Positions 32,452 through 44,800 of a stretch of DNA of 64,000 bases are shown here, piece after piece. Position 1 is the stretch's first letter. Each line of letters starts with the position of its first letter. The notes below the pieces were generated by a model, which saw only the letters and a program-made list of their open reading frames with translations, searched no databases and had not been told where the DNA came from. Location: positions 21,142,001-21,206,000 of the forward strand of contig OZ281499.1 of assembly GCA_965637545.1 (NCBI GenBank). Direction: 5' to 3'. This stretch comes from Phallusia mammillata. Taxonomy: Eukaryota. Position numbers and translations under genes: made by a program.

Positions 32452-32775
32452 ACTGATGGTGGCGCAAAAACTAGTAGTTTTTAACTTCAAGGAATACATT
32501 TCGACAAGTTTTATAAAAATACTTTTGGAAATAATAAATCTTTTAAAATTAATAATTTTAGTTATTATAATTCTTTTCACAACTGATAATTCAAATAACA
32601 ATCACATAATTGACCTAAACAAATTCGGACACCTGTACGAATAATTAATACAAATAAATTAAGTGTAGTTAATGAAAATAAAAGTTTACTTAAAAGTTGT
32701 AATTATTTTATAATTAATTACCATACTGGCTTTAAAAAGTTATTTGGGAGTTATAATTACACAAAAATCTAACAT

Positions 32776-32789
32776 ATTTCCATGGTAAC
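32776..32789. promoter_or_regulatory. RFX X-box-like motif ATTTCCATGGTAAC
   Basis: 13/14 match to GTTTCCATGGTAAC, about 100 bp upstream of the CFAP299 ATG. Confidence 0.55.
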
Positions 32790-32885
32790 CAGGTACTTTC
32801 CCATATTACACAGATTGCATTGTTTGAGATATTGTTGTTAAATTGTGAAAATTTGTGAATAAAAACAGATATCATTGGCCAAGAA

Positions 32886-35800
32886 ATGGAAGAAGAAGGT
32901 GCAGCTGGAGCTGATAACATAGTCACGGAATTTGCGACATACGAGGACTTTCTAGATTCACAAATCACGTCACTGGATCTGTACTATTTAGAGGTAATTT
33001 TATTCTGCATATTTTCCTCATATTTTTGCATCAGGTTAAGCTTCGTTGTGTTGACACTGGTATATGCATCTCGAAGTTTGCTTTCTCCATCTAAGCATGC
33101 AGTTTATTTGTCGTTAAGGATTAATAAAAACAAAATTGATAAATGTAAATGATGGAACATGGAACACATATTTTTGAATGAAGCATTCATAGCTCATGAC
33201 TCTAATTCCTATGGATGATATCCCAAAATTTGCAATGACTGCTTTAAAAAGTAATAAATCTAAAATATCAAACCTGTGATTTTAAGCAGCTCAGTTTGTT
33301 TTTTAATTCATTATAAACTGCATAATATCTAAGTTTTCACTGCAGTGTGTTGTCCAAATTTGTACAAAAGTAATATGTGGCACCTTTTTTAGATTGAATT
33401 TACGACTTACTGCAGTAACACAGAAAAGTACTATTACTTGAGCTTGAAATATTTTAAAAAATTCTATTCCTACGTCTTTTTGCAATCCTATGGCATCATG
33501 CTCAGATCACAGAACACGAGCATCATTTAAATAACAGAAAACTTAACCTGATAACCCATGTTTTTTCAGTGTCCTTTCTGTTTTATGAACTCATTTAACA
33601 ATTAGATAAAGTGACAATAAAATTCGACTGGGCTTGACTTTGTTTTATGTTTATGTTTTAAATTCATTTTTTAATAATGTATTGTTTTCGAACAGGATGA
33701 AGAGTTGGCAAGGCAACTTGTTGAACTTGGCTATCGAGGCAGTGGAGAGGTTTTAAAGCGAGAAGAATTTGAAGCAAGAAAACAAGCAGCAGAAGCTTCA
33801 AGACTTTCAAAGAGAAGTCAACAAAAGTAAGACATGCCATAGGAATAACATTGCAAAATATGAATTAGAGTATTTTTTGTTATGAGCAAGATGTGTATAT
33901 ATATATATATATATAAGTCATAAATAACAGTTGTGCTAAAAATCAAACGATATTTCGGTTTCAAACTGGTTATGACCGGTTCCAGTTTTTCTGCCTCCTG
34001 CCAAACCCCCAAACCCCCAAACCGGTTTAAACTGGTTTTCAAAATCAAAAATTAAGATCAAAAAAAAAATTTGACCTGATTTTCGAAAAAACCTTAGCCT
34101 TTTCCGATTTTGGGGGGTCAAAGAATCGAAGAAAAGTCCGGTTTTCTGTGGGAAACTGACATTTTTTATTTCAGTGTTTGGCCTTAACCTATGCTTGTTT
34201 TATTAAGTAGTATATTTTACATTTATTATTTAACTATATATAATGCTATCAGTATCATTTCTAGTTTTTTGGTGAAATTGTTTTAATTAAGTTCTATTGC
34301 CAAAAAGTTAAATATGTCATGCAATATCCTTTAATCCTAATCTTTTTTAAAAAGTATGCTTTTAAACTATAACATGATGACAAATGTCATGATACAAACT
34401 TCCAACATTGTATGCTTTGACAAATATATTAGAGCAACCAACTTGACAACAAGCACAAATATCATACATCACCATTTCTAAACAGTTTGCATGATTTGAC
34501 TGTATTCATATTAAGTTTATTAAATCCTAAAAATACCCACCGCCAGGTGGCAGTGCTGGATCAAAATGCATTTTATTATCCATTGGCCGCTTTTTTATTT
34601 AAAATACGGACATTCAACTTTCCAACAAAAACTACTTCTTGGAATCACAAGAGTGATTAAAATTACAGGTAATATCAAGTTTGGCTTTATATGTAGTGTA
34701 ACCAGCGCCTAAGACCGTATTCTACACAATCAAAGTAGCCCACTTAACTAAAAAATGTTGCTAACTTAGTCGCATTAAAGCTGTAAGCCCACAAGCTGGA
34801 CTGAAGGTGGGTGGCCTACTATGTGTGACGTATGCTGCATTGCGCAGTTGGCCAGTAAAAGCGGCACACTTAACCCAATAGGCCTACAGATGTCGAACAC
34901 CTGTCCGGTTTAGCGATTCCTTTATATCCGCCAAACACCTACATCCTTATCTAAAGCTACCGGCAAATATTATGGCTGATCCGACTCCGGTAGCTCGCTT
35001 TGAAATAATAATCGCAAGGCCGTGAACCTGTGCTCCTTGCACAAAGGCCTGCGGTTGACATAATTGGCTGTTAATCGCCAAAACACCTGATCCCTGCCAT
35101 TGCCCTCTGTTGTTTTATTTTCGTTATTGAGTGGACCAAGCGGTAATTTGAAGCCGGTTCTGTGCATAAGGTGGAATGGATTACACCCAAGGGTTGAGGT
35201 CAGATCCTAAACACGTGTCGTTCTGTGTGCAGTAATTGTGTCTGGGTTGGGGGTAATAAACTGGGCACGTGCCAACTTGACTGACATCAATTTGATTAAT
35301 CACAAGCCAACCGCTCAAATATTTTACAAACGACAGGCCTTGACTGCTGAGCACGCAAACTCTTTCCTTTTTTCCCCAAATTAGCAAATACTCCTATATG
35401 TTAACTCGGCTCAAGTCGCCGAAAACTCAAATTAACCCGAGAAATGTTTGTTACCACCCCACAACAAACAATTTTTGTCATGGAGACCGGAAATAAATCA
35501 ACGTGCATTTGATTTATTTTATTAAACTTACGGTCTATGCTTTCATCCGCCGATGAGATCGAAATAAAATTAAAATGTTGTGTCCATTAGGCACGTTTTA
35601 TATGAAAGGGGTTGTTCAAATATTTCCGCATTATTGTTTTCCAGAAGCTTGTGATTTTCTGTGCCTCGAAGTCTTGAGATCTTATTTGGTAATTTTAATA
35701 TTGAGCATTTCTTCGTGTGTCCACAATCAGTCTGTGTATTGGTTTTACCTTTTCGTTTATAACATGTGAACCAAACTTTAAGATCTAGTTAACCCACGAG

Positions 35801-38800
35801 GACAATTTACCCAAAAAAGAACATTTGTAAAGAACAATTACTCATTGCAAAAACGATTCAAGCACTACCGTACATATTGAGTTTCAGATCTGTGCGTTTG
35901 GTTGATTTAAAACAATATTTCCTAGTTAAGTGCTACGACACCATTCTTGAAAGCAAATCCATTTACGGCACATGTTGTGTTTCCATGGTCTGCGTTTTTC
36001 TTGTTTACATTGAGCCCACACATTGTGCGACCTATTATCACACCTTGAAGACCACCCCTTTATACCCGGTTGCTATCAAAACAAAACCGTGCCAAAACTG
36101 TAGTCGCTTTAGTCGACATAACTAGACACTTTTGTGTAGTTAGTAACACGAGCGCTACTGGACCATCTGCAGCCAGAAAGCTCTCTTTTGTCGGCGATTA
36201 TCAATTGGCGTTTTGATGTGGTTGGTTAACAGACAATCCAGCCTCGGGAAGCCTTGAGTCTCTCGGCCGGTTCAGGAAGGCAATTGTTCCGCACCCGGGG
36301 GCACTCGACCCCGAAGTGATCACCTATTGATGCCCGGCCACCTGCGCAAGTGTTCTGGGGGTGCACGCGTTTGATAAATGATATGATTGTCGGCCTTTTT
36401 ACATTGCGTCTGCCCAGTAAACAGGTTATTAGGCGTTGCTAACTTGATAAATTGTGACCAGGTGCGTTTTGTGGGCTTGGAAAACTCAACGCGCCTTACA
36501 ACGCCACTCGGCATTTAGCGCTCATCTTACAGCCATTGAGCATTTTGTTGTGTAACAGAGGCTATGTTTTGGCAATGGGGCAACGTTTTCTTCGTCTTGC
36601 CCAATTCTGAAACTGTAACCAACAAAACGGGTGGTTTTCGTCTCGCTTTCGACAGTATTTTTTGACTTGGGTAAACAAATCTTGTTTCAGCACCCTTTTA
36701 GGTCATCGTAACGTTACGCCTGCGCAATAATAATAACACCTTTGTTTATATATGGTTGTGTTTGTATACTGACCTAAATACCATAACGGATTAGGTCACC
36801 TAATGACGTTACGCTAAATGCCAACGACCGAATGTGCTTTGAGGAATTTGCATACTAGTTTGCCGAGCTGCTGATTTTGCAAATTGACTTTTAGCTGCAA
36901 ACCCCTTTGAACTCGTGTTATCACAGCGACAACCGCAAGCATTTTTGTGCCAAACAGACCAATTCAGATGCTAGGAACCCAAACTTTCCCTTGAGTAGGT
37001 TGAAGGTGCTGAGAGAGCCGATGACCCAAACCAGCAGAAACAATTCTTTTTTCCCACAGACATTTTCCCAGCACCGCAAAACTGTAAAGTTCAAAACTTG
37101 TCGCTCAGTTTTACATGCCAAGATGCAACCTTAAGCCGCGGACTTTGAAATTACAAAGAAAACTTACGACCCCTTCCGTTGACAAGCCCGCAAAAGTCCA
37201 AACAACCTTTAGTTGTAGAAACTCATCCATGTCATAACAGCTTTCTAACTTCGTGCAAGGAACGTGCGAAGTTTTTCAAGGCGGCAGAATTATGCAAGCG
37301 ATGACCTTAACAGACCACACACGAACGGAGCCTTTGAAATGTATTCCACTGTATAGTTTGTTCGTTGTAAGGGGCCTGAACTTATGCATGACAGATGGCA
37401 GGGCAGAGACATCGCATATGTCATTCTCGGCTGACGGGAACTAGGCCCCGTGCTTTTGTTAAAGAAAATCTGTACAAGACAACCCTTCTAACAAAACGAT
37501 TTTGACGTTGATTTGATTTCAAAATTGTGTTTTGAGATTTGAAATCGCATAACCCGTCTATTGATCTCCTAACTGCATTTTTTTCAGCTTTTGCTTGTGT
37601 CTTTTAAAGCTTGGCTTTGTGGGAGGAAAGAAGACAATAATCCATATATGCGATTATTATGTTCGTTATTTCGTTAGGATTTAAGTTAAGCTGTATTTCA
37701 ATTGGGCAATATTATTTCAACAGGCCCAAATGGCTAACACATTGAGAAAAACACAAAGGAAAAAATATGAGACAAAAAACTCATGACCCTTAAACTGTTC
37801 AGAATCGAGTCCTTAAATTGCGTTTATTGCCTCCATTATATTTATAACTTGCCAATTTAGCTGGTTTATGCCATGAAACTCCGATGTTGCTATAACCGAT
37901 AGAGGGTTGTTCACCTGATGCGACTTACGAACACCTGGAAAGGGTGAATGAATCGTAGAAAGTAGTTAATCGTGTGACATGTAGACGGTAGGAAACCCTT
38001 TACAGTCTACAGTGTTGAATTGCTGGGTCCTGTTACATGTGTGACGAACCACACGTGCCCCTATTGTTTTTGTCCGGTGATTGACGATTACGTAATTATC
38101 CTTTGTTGAAGTTGATTTGTCAATTTAATTACTTGGCCAAGATGTTTTTTGAAAAAAAAAGGAAAATTAACAGTTTTGCAATTAAAATTTAAAGATGGTT
38201 ACGTATTCTATGGCATTATAAAAAGGAATTTTGATTCAGCGATTGACAAAAGCAATACACATGTGAGTGGCGAAATTGTAAAAGCGATTTATTTTTTATT
38301 TTCTTCGTTTTTGAACATTCGTTTTACCGCCCTTGATGCAGTCATTAAACGTCAAAGGCATTGAAAAACCCTGATTCTAAGAAAGTATGGAAATATATAG
38401 TTTGTTACACAAAACTTCTAATTTCAATGCCAAAAGTTTACTCTTTCTCTGTGATGTAATAAATAACATAGTTGCACATTTAAACGTTTTTTCCTTTGCC
38501 TTGTGACGTTGCTATGACGTTGTTTTACCTGAAGTTCTTTCCGTGTTGTTTGATTGACAAGTGAAAGTTGAATTGCTCGATGGGTCCTTATCAGTGACCT
38601 TTGACGAGATAATAACTGACCTTTGTAAAGAAAACATTGCGGTGAAAACAGTCTTGTTCTCTGGATGACATCAACTGATTTTGTTGCCACAGCTGTAAAT
38701 TAATGAGTTTAACATGTTACTATGTCCAGGACAAGACTGGACATTCGTTGTGTTGTGTTGAAATACGCTTATGTTTATCTTAGCGGAAATCCATTTCACA

Positions 38801-41800
38801 AAATGGTTCTTTGGTCAAGCTTTTGTTGTTGCTGTCAAAAGGAAATTTGGGCTTTAGTTCGTGCTTTTTATTTAGTTTCGTTTTTGCTAAACGTTATCAA
38901 ACGTTTGACATATTTTTTTATTTTATGACATACTATTTATTTTTCTGGTATGCAAATTTCATGGGTTAAATTTATTGAACACGCCAGTATATTTGAATAT
39001 GGCTTATCGATATTTTGACAACTCTTTGTCTTTTTTTATCAAATACATAATTTAACGGCCCCATTCTGCGATTTTCATTTTTTTCTGAAATGTTCTTTCC
39101 GCAGTTTTTACGTTTTTAAAATAGGTAAAAAGTCCAACGAGATATTCCACTTTTTATTAGGTTACATAAACTACTTAGATTTTTATTCACAAAAAAATGT
39201 AGGTGTCACGTTTATGTTACCAATATCTCATATTTCATCTGCAAGCATTCTTGTGGTCTCCCGTCACATTTCCAGTTATATATATATACATGACACATTT
39301 ATTCACGGCAGTTGTCAAAATATTGTAACTCATATTCGGGTCGTTACGAACAGGTGTCATGCGGCAGGAACACTTAACCGAAGGCAACTCAGCGCACAAT
39401 CGGTACACGGGTATACGTTATGCGATATAGATATATTATTGCATGGTCGGCGCGCTAATGTAAGACTTACATCAGTCCAGATCCCATTATGATAAGCTAG
39501 TTTCACCTTTCATATATGACAGTGTTTTAAAATGAAAATCCATTGTGGTGTTCTGTGCTGGAAAAGTTTGTCAGTAACCATATGATTGCGATTTATATTC
39601 AATACCCATGGAAAAAAGTTAAAATGTGGAAAATACTTGTCGTGTGTCCGCTAAATTACAAGGTTCAGATTGTGATTATTATGTCTTGAAATCGGATAAT
39701 TCAGACGTGTGTACTGTACAGAGAATTACTCAAAAACAATTTTAGTAGTTGTCTTTTCTTAAATTAATCACAGACACCATGTCAACAATCAACATTTCTT
39801 TTTTGGCTCTATTGGTATTAATGCAAATATCGTACATATTATCGTAATAACTAAGAATGGAAAATATTTTCCCAGTAACGAAATCAGTTATGAATATATT
39901 GGAATATATATATATTTTATCTAGTGGCATCATCAGTTCCTTATTCAAATAGAAACACTCTCAGTTTAGTATCGTAATACAAATCCTATGACTTTCATGG
40001 CGTGGTTAGAATTTTTATATACTTTGTGTTTAAAGTAAAGTAAATGTAAAAGTTAACTTAAGCCTTTCTTACATCATGCGTTCACATGAATGCAAACTAT
40101 TTGTCCAAAATTCACTCTTTCATTTTTCAAAAAAAATTGGTAAAATATTTCCAAACGTTCGTCTTTTGCAATTCCTTTTCTCTCTTACGCAATCTGATCC
40201 CGTTGCAAGTCACAATTTTTTACTGGAACCACCTGCTTGGTTAAGGGTCACTTTACCCCCTAAGAGATGGACCCCAGATAACGTCAACTATGTGGGTAAA
40301 TGTCGTCATGGCCAATCGCGCTGGGTAACGTGTCAGTTGGTGTTGCATAACTGTTGGGGGACGGTAGTTTCTTAGCTTTGCAAAGCTGCAGGTAAATTGA
40401 CACGCATAGTTAGCTTAGTAAATTGACACGCATAGTTAGCTTAATATAAAATAAGACACGTCTCTTGTTTGATAAGTTATTTATACTTTTATACAAGGAA
40501 AAAAGTTTAAATATTCTGGTGCACGTAATGTACTTCAATATTATTATTTTAAAGTGTTGTATTAAATATCTGTTTTTGCAACGAACCTTTTGCGTTGTAT
40601 TTATCAGTATTTTAAATTTTTCCTCATTGAACTGCAGTACTTTTATGTTATGTTCTAAAAAAAATATTTTGGTATGGTCTTGGCGGACATTTTGAAAATG
40701 GGATTATTTTTTAGGAGAGGGGGGGGGAGTAAACTCATTGTGGCTAAAAATGCACCATTGGGTTGACATAAAAAAATTCGTTTAAATAACTTTCATCTTT
40801 GTTAGGGCGTGTCAATTTGTCACGTTAATTCGTTCTATTAATACATTGAAAGCTGCAATGCAAATGGAGAAACGCCACAAAATTTGGGATACCAGCTTTA
40901 AAACCCATCGCCTAAACCAGGTTAAGATGCCACCTTATATTTCACCTGCGTGCAAGCTGTACAAACTCTACGCACAATAGCATTCAAACTTCGCATTTTA
41001 ACCTCACCTATAGATCCTAAAAACTTTAAATCATCCATCAACACTTGGTTAACGAGGCCGGGCGCTTGGAGCATTCTTAGCACGGTTCAAGCCTAAATCG
41101 CAACCTGCAACCGTATTGCACCGGTGCCCATCTGTTCATATGACACCACCTAAGACCTGGGTCACCGCACCAAGCAGGTCTAAGTGACAAGCGCATTAAC
41201 ACATCTGCTTCACTATAACAGTTGCGAAAGGCGTTACGGGAGCACCCCTGTGCTGTTTTTACGTCCATTGGCCGTGATGTTTTGACGACAGGATAATTAG
41301 ATAAATGCATTTTTGGGGTTTGTGCTTGTGCCAATGTGCTCGGGGTGATAAAATTCCTTCGAGTTGATTTACAAAACACGGTCAAGTGTTGGAATTCGGG
41401 TGAACGGAACGTGTTTAGGTTTTTTCTCGCTGTTTTTCTTTTGGCGAAGAATGATCGGTGCAACTGTCTGCGTGGCAAGATATATGAAGTCGAGCACTAG
41501 TCTACATAACCGTCTCGCCGATAACGAGCTGTTTCACGTTTTAGACAGCAGACCTATATGTCTACATCTCTTGTACACCAATCTTAATGCGCGAGCGATG
41601 CAATAATTGCCACCTAACTATGCCCATAACCATTGCCTAAAATTGTGCTTCGAAAAATGACAGTTATGTTGCTAGTTGAAATGTTCAAACGTAATTTTTT
41701 AATCTTGCCGTCGAGGCTGTTTTTACCAAATATTCTGTTTTTGTTCGAAGCTTTTTTAGATTTAGTTTAAATTTACATCCAACAAAACGAAAATCATGAG

Positions 41801-44800
41801 TCACAAACACGTTGCATTACTCGTGAAATATTTTTTCTCGCGTAGTTTGCAAAGTTATGTTGATGTGTATGAGGCTTTCAGAAATGCCATAGAACGCTTG
41901 TCGTATATTTAAGGGCGTTCAAGTTCGTTCATATTAGTCCCGCTCATTCGACGGTTGCCTCTCAAACAGGTGTGGTAAGGGTTTGCACACCTGCTCTGGT
42001 GCGTGCTTCTTTAATTAACTTCCAAACAATTTTGACACGCCGTGTTTAATTTTACCCAACAAGGCCAGACACAAATAAACAACTTTGAACCCAACATCAA
42101 TGCGGGACTTTCGACTTGTTTTTTATCTTGGATTGGCAAAAAAGCATGACCCACTGGTGTTTGGCCCATGTGTACACTTGAAAATGCATTTCTAGTTGTG
42201 GAATTTGCGAAAAATTAGGAACGAGGTTACAAACAAGGGCCGATTTTACAGGAATTCGGATCAAAGTGACGACCTAATATTCACTTGCAAAGAAAACTAA
42301 CCACATCAAAGTAACTACATCTATCGTCGGGATATCATCTTACGGAAGCTGGTAGCAATAAAATTAGTCATGGCCACTTGCAGGAAATACCACAATTCCG
42401 CAAATCAACGCGCAGTGCCAAAAACCAAGCTCGTCCTGCTAAGCCCACGAATCGAATTTCCAACGTAAATTCGCGACACCTGCGTTTTGTGACATCACAA
42501 TTGATGTGCGAACGATTCGAATTTTCGCCGCGACCGCGCATTGACAGTCTAAACCGATCGGCTTGTTACAGCGTGTTGCCTGGCTTGGTAAGCGCACTCC
42601 GTAATTGCAGGTTACGTGTGCATCCAACAGGTGTTACGCCGCACCCTGTGTGGCATTTCGGGTGCCAGATATCTTGCTGTCAATCATGATTTCTTGAAGC
42701 TTGTCCACTTCGACCACGTGATGAATGACGTGGGAAAGTGGACAGTCGATTTTTCTTGACCACTCGGCCACTGACAGTTGTTGGTATTCTTGTTTTCCTT
42801 TAAAGTTGACGCGTAAAGACGAATCGGTTCTCGCACCTGGCTATAACTTGTTCACGTGAAAGTTAACACTTGATGTACACGTCAGCGGGAAAAAACGTAG
42901 GAAATGTTCCAGGTGTTACTGGTTGTTTTCTTGTTATTTTAAAGCAAAAAGACAAATAACCAGGCAATTCTTTTTTCGTGCCTTTTTGGCATTTTTCTTC
43001 TAAACATAAATTTTGCAAAATATATGTTCCTTTTTTGTGATAGATTAGATTGTTTTTACTTATGTCTGAGAAAAATCTGAGAAAAAGTTGTACACGCCAT
43101 ATTTATATCAAGTCATAAGGACCTAAACTAACAATACATTGCCAAAATTTCGCCTAAGCAGTTTTATCTAAAAACACAATCCATGAACAGGTCGCTTCAC
43201 GGTTTCTGCAACCCTCACTTGACCTCACGTGCAAGCAAAAACATTTTAAATCCAATTCCGAAGAATTTCACTGCTTAAAACTGACAGCCGGGTACGCAAT
43301 ATGATACTGACGCAGATAGTTAGAATTCGGGGAATGCCTCATAAATTTAATTTTAGGAAATAAACTTGTATTTTCCAGCTTGTAAAGTTATTAAGGTGTC
43401 AGTTTACACGCGTATGTACCAGACCACCCACTTGCAGACCAGTTCGGTTGTTTGCCAAATGTGTGAACTTTACATGATGTTGAAATTCAACTGCGAGTTT
43501 GTTTGTCACCAATGTCAACCGCAAGCCCAAGGTTTACATGTCTCCTGTCAAATTTGAAATTTCAAGTTTTGGATCAATGAAAAAACCGTGCTTTTTACGG
43601 TTCGGTAAAAGGTAATAAACCTACAAAGGTGAAATTGTTCGTATGAATGTTCATCAGTCCAAACTGTTGCATAACGCAAACACAATTGTTGAAGGTCAGA
43701 GTTTAACAGGCACGTTTTTTGATTTTGTTTTGTTTATTCTGTAAAGCAATTTTCTGGAAAATTATGATATATCATACGTAGTTCGTATTGTAAAAACTCC
43801 AAGTGTGCCATAAAATGTTTCTATCTTTGCCGATTCTGTCGTTAAAATTTGTGCAAACTTGCAAAATTGAGAAACAATTTTGAGTTCGTTACATTGTTAA
43901 AATAACCTAAATCATGTTTTTTTTTTCGGTGCCCGTTTTAGGAACACCTCAATATTAATGTGTAATATAACATCTAATAGTATGGAGTGAAGCCCAGGTA
44001 TTTGAAAAGTCCAAACCAATTATATACCTGCTGCGTTTTTAATGGCTAAGTCTCGAATCCCATTCTTTGTTTTTCGCTGTACCGAAGAATCGTTTAGACG
44101 TGGGCCCACGCAGCAAAAACCGTCGGTTGGTATCGAAATGTGATTGTGCTACAACTGTTACATTCGTGTCTTTTTTGCTTTTAACCGCTTCATACACGTT
44201 AATTAGAGTGACAAAAACAAAACCCGACTGAGCGACCAAGCACAAACCGACAGCTAATTTTATCGAATTTGTGTTCTCATCTGTAACATGCTGCACCTGC
44301 CGACTCACTCGAGCAATTTGTTTACCACTCGCTCATGTTGTTTTGACAGAACTCTCGTGAGCTCAGGAAAGGACTTAAGAAGTGCCTTCTTACGGGCTCT
44401 TGCTCAGCGTGAGGAGGGAAACAGAAGTGGCAAAATGACGGTAAGATTTGTGGTTAATTCCATGCTGCATGCACGGTGTCTTGCACGCACCAACCATGTT
44501 GGAGGCTGCGAACAATCCCAGTAAATTAATCTACAAAAACGATTTGCAACTCTTTTATTGAGTTGTTTGTGAGGTCATAATAAATACTTCTTTGTTCAAA
44601 TTTCTACATGTCTTAGGTTTGGGGAACTGTGATTTTGAAGGAAAGGTAGCAAATAAATTTCTGATTTTCATATCCCAAGACCCAATTCATTGTAAAAAAG
44701 TGACACTTTAAATAGCAAATAACCCCATTTCTATTCTGATGTATCAATTTTGAAAGGATTTGTAAAACATCAAACAATATCCTAATAGTCTCTATCATTC

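Larger units (their letters stand above)
32041..32885. promoter_or_regulatory. Probable bidirectional promoter shared by CFAP96 and CFAP299
   Basis: 845 bp separate the divergent start codons of two motile-cilia genes; the interval contains two RFX X-box-like motifs. Confidence 0.7.

Noticed and set aside
41077-41478. 133-aa minus-strand ORF in CFAP299 intron 2
   Set aside because: No recognisable domain, no splice partners, composition like random sequence.
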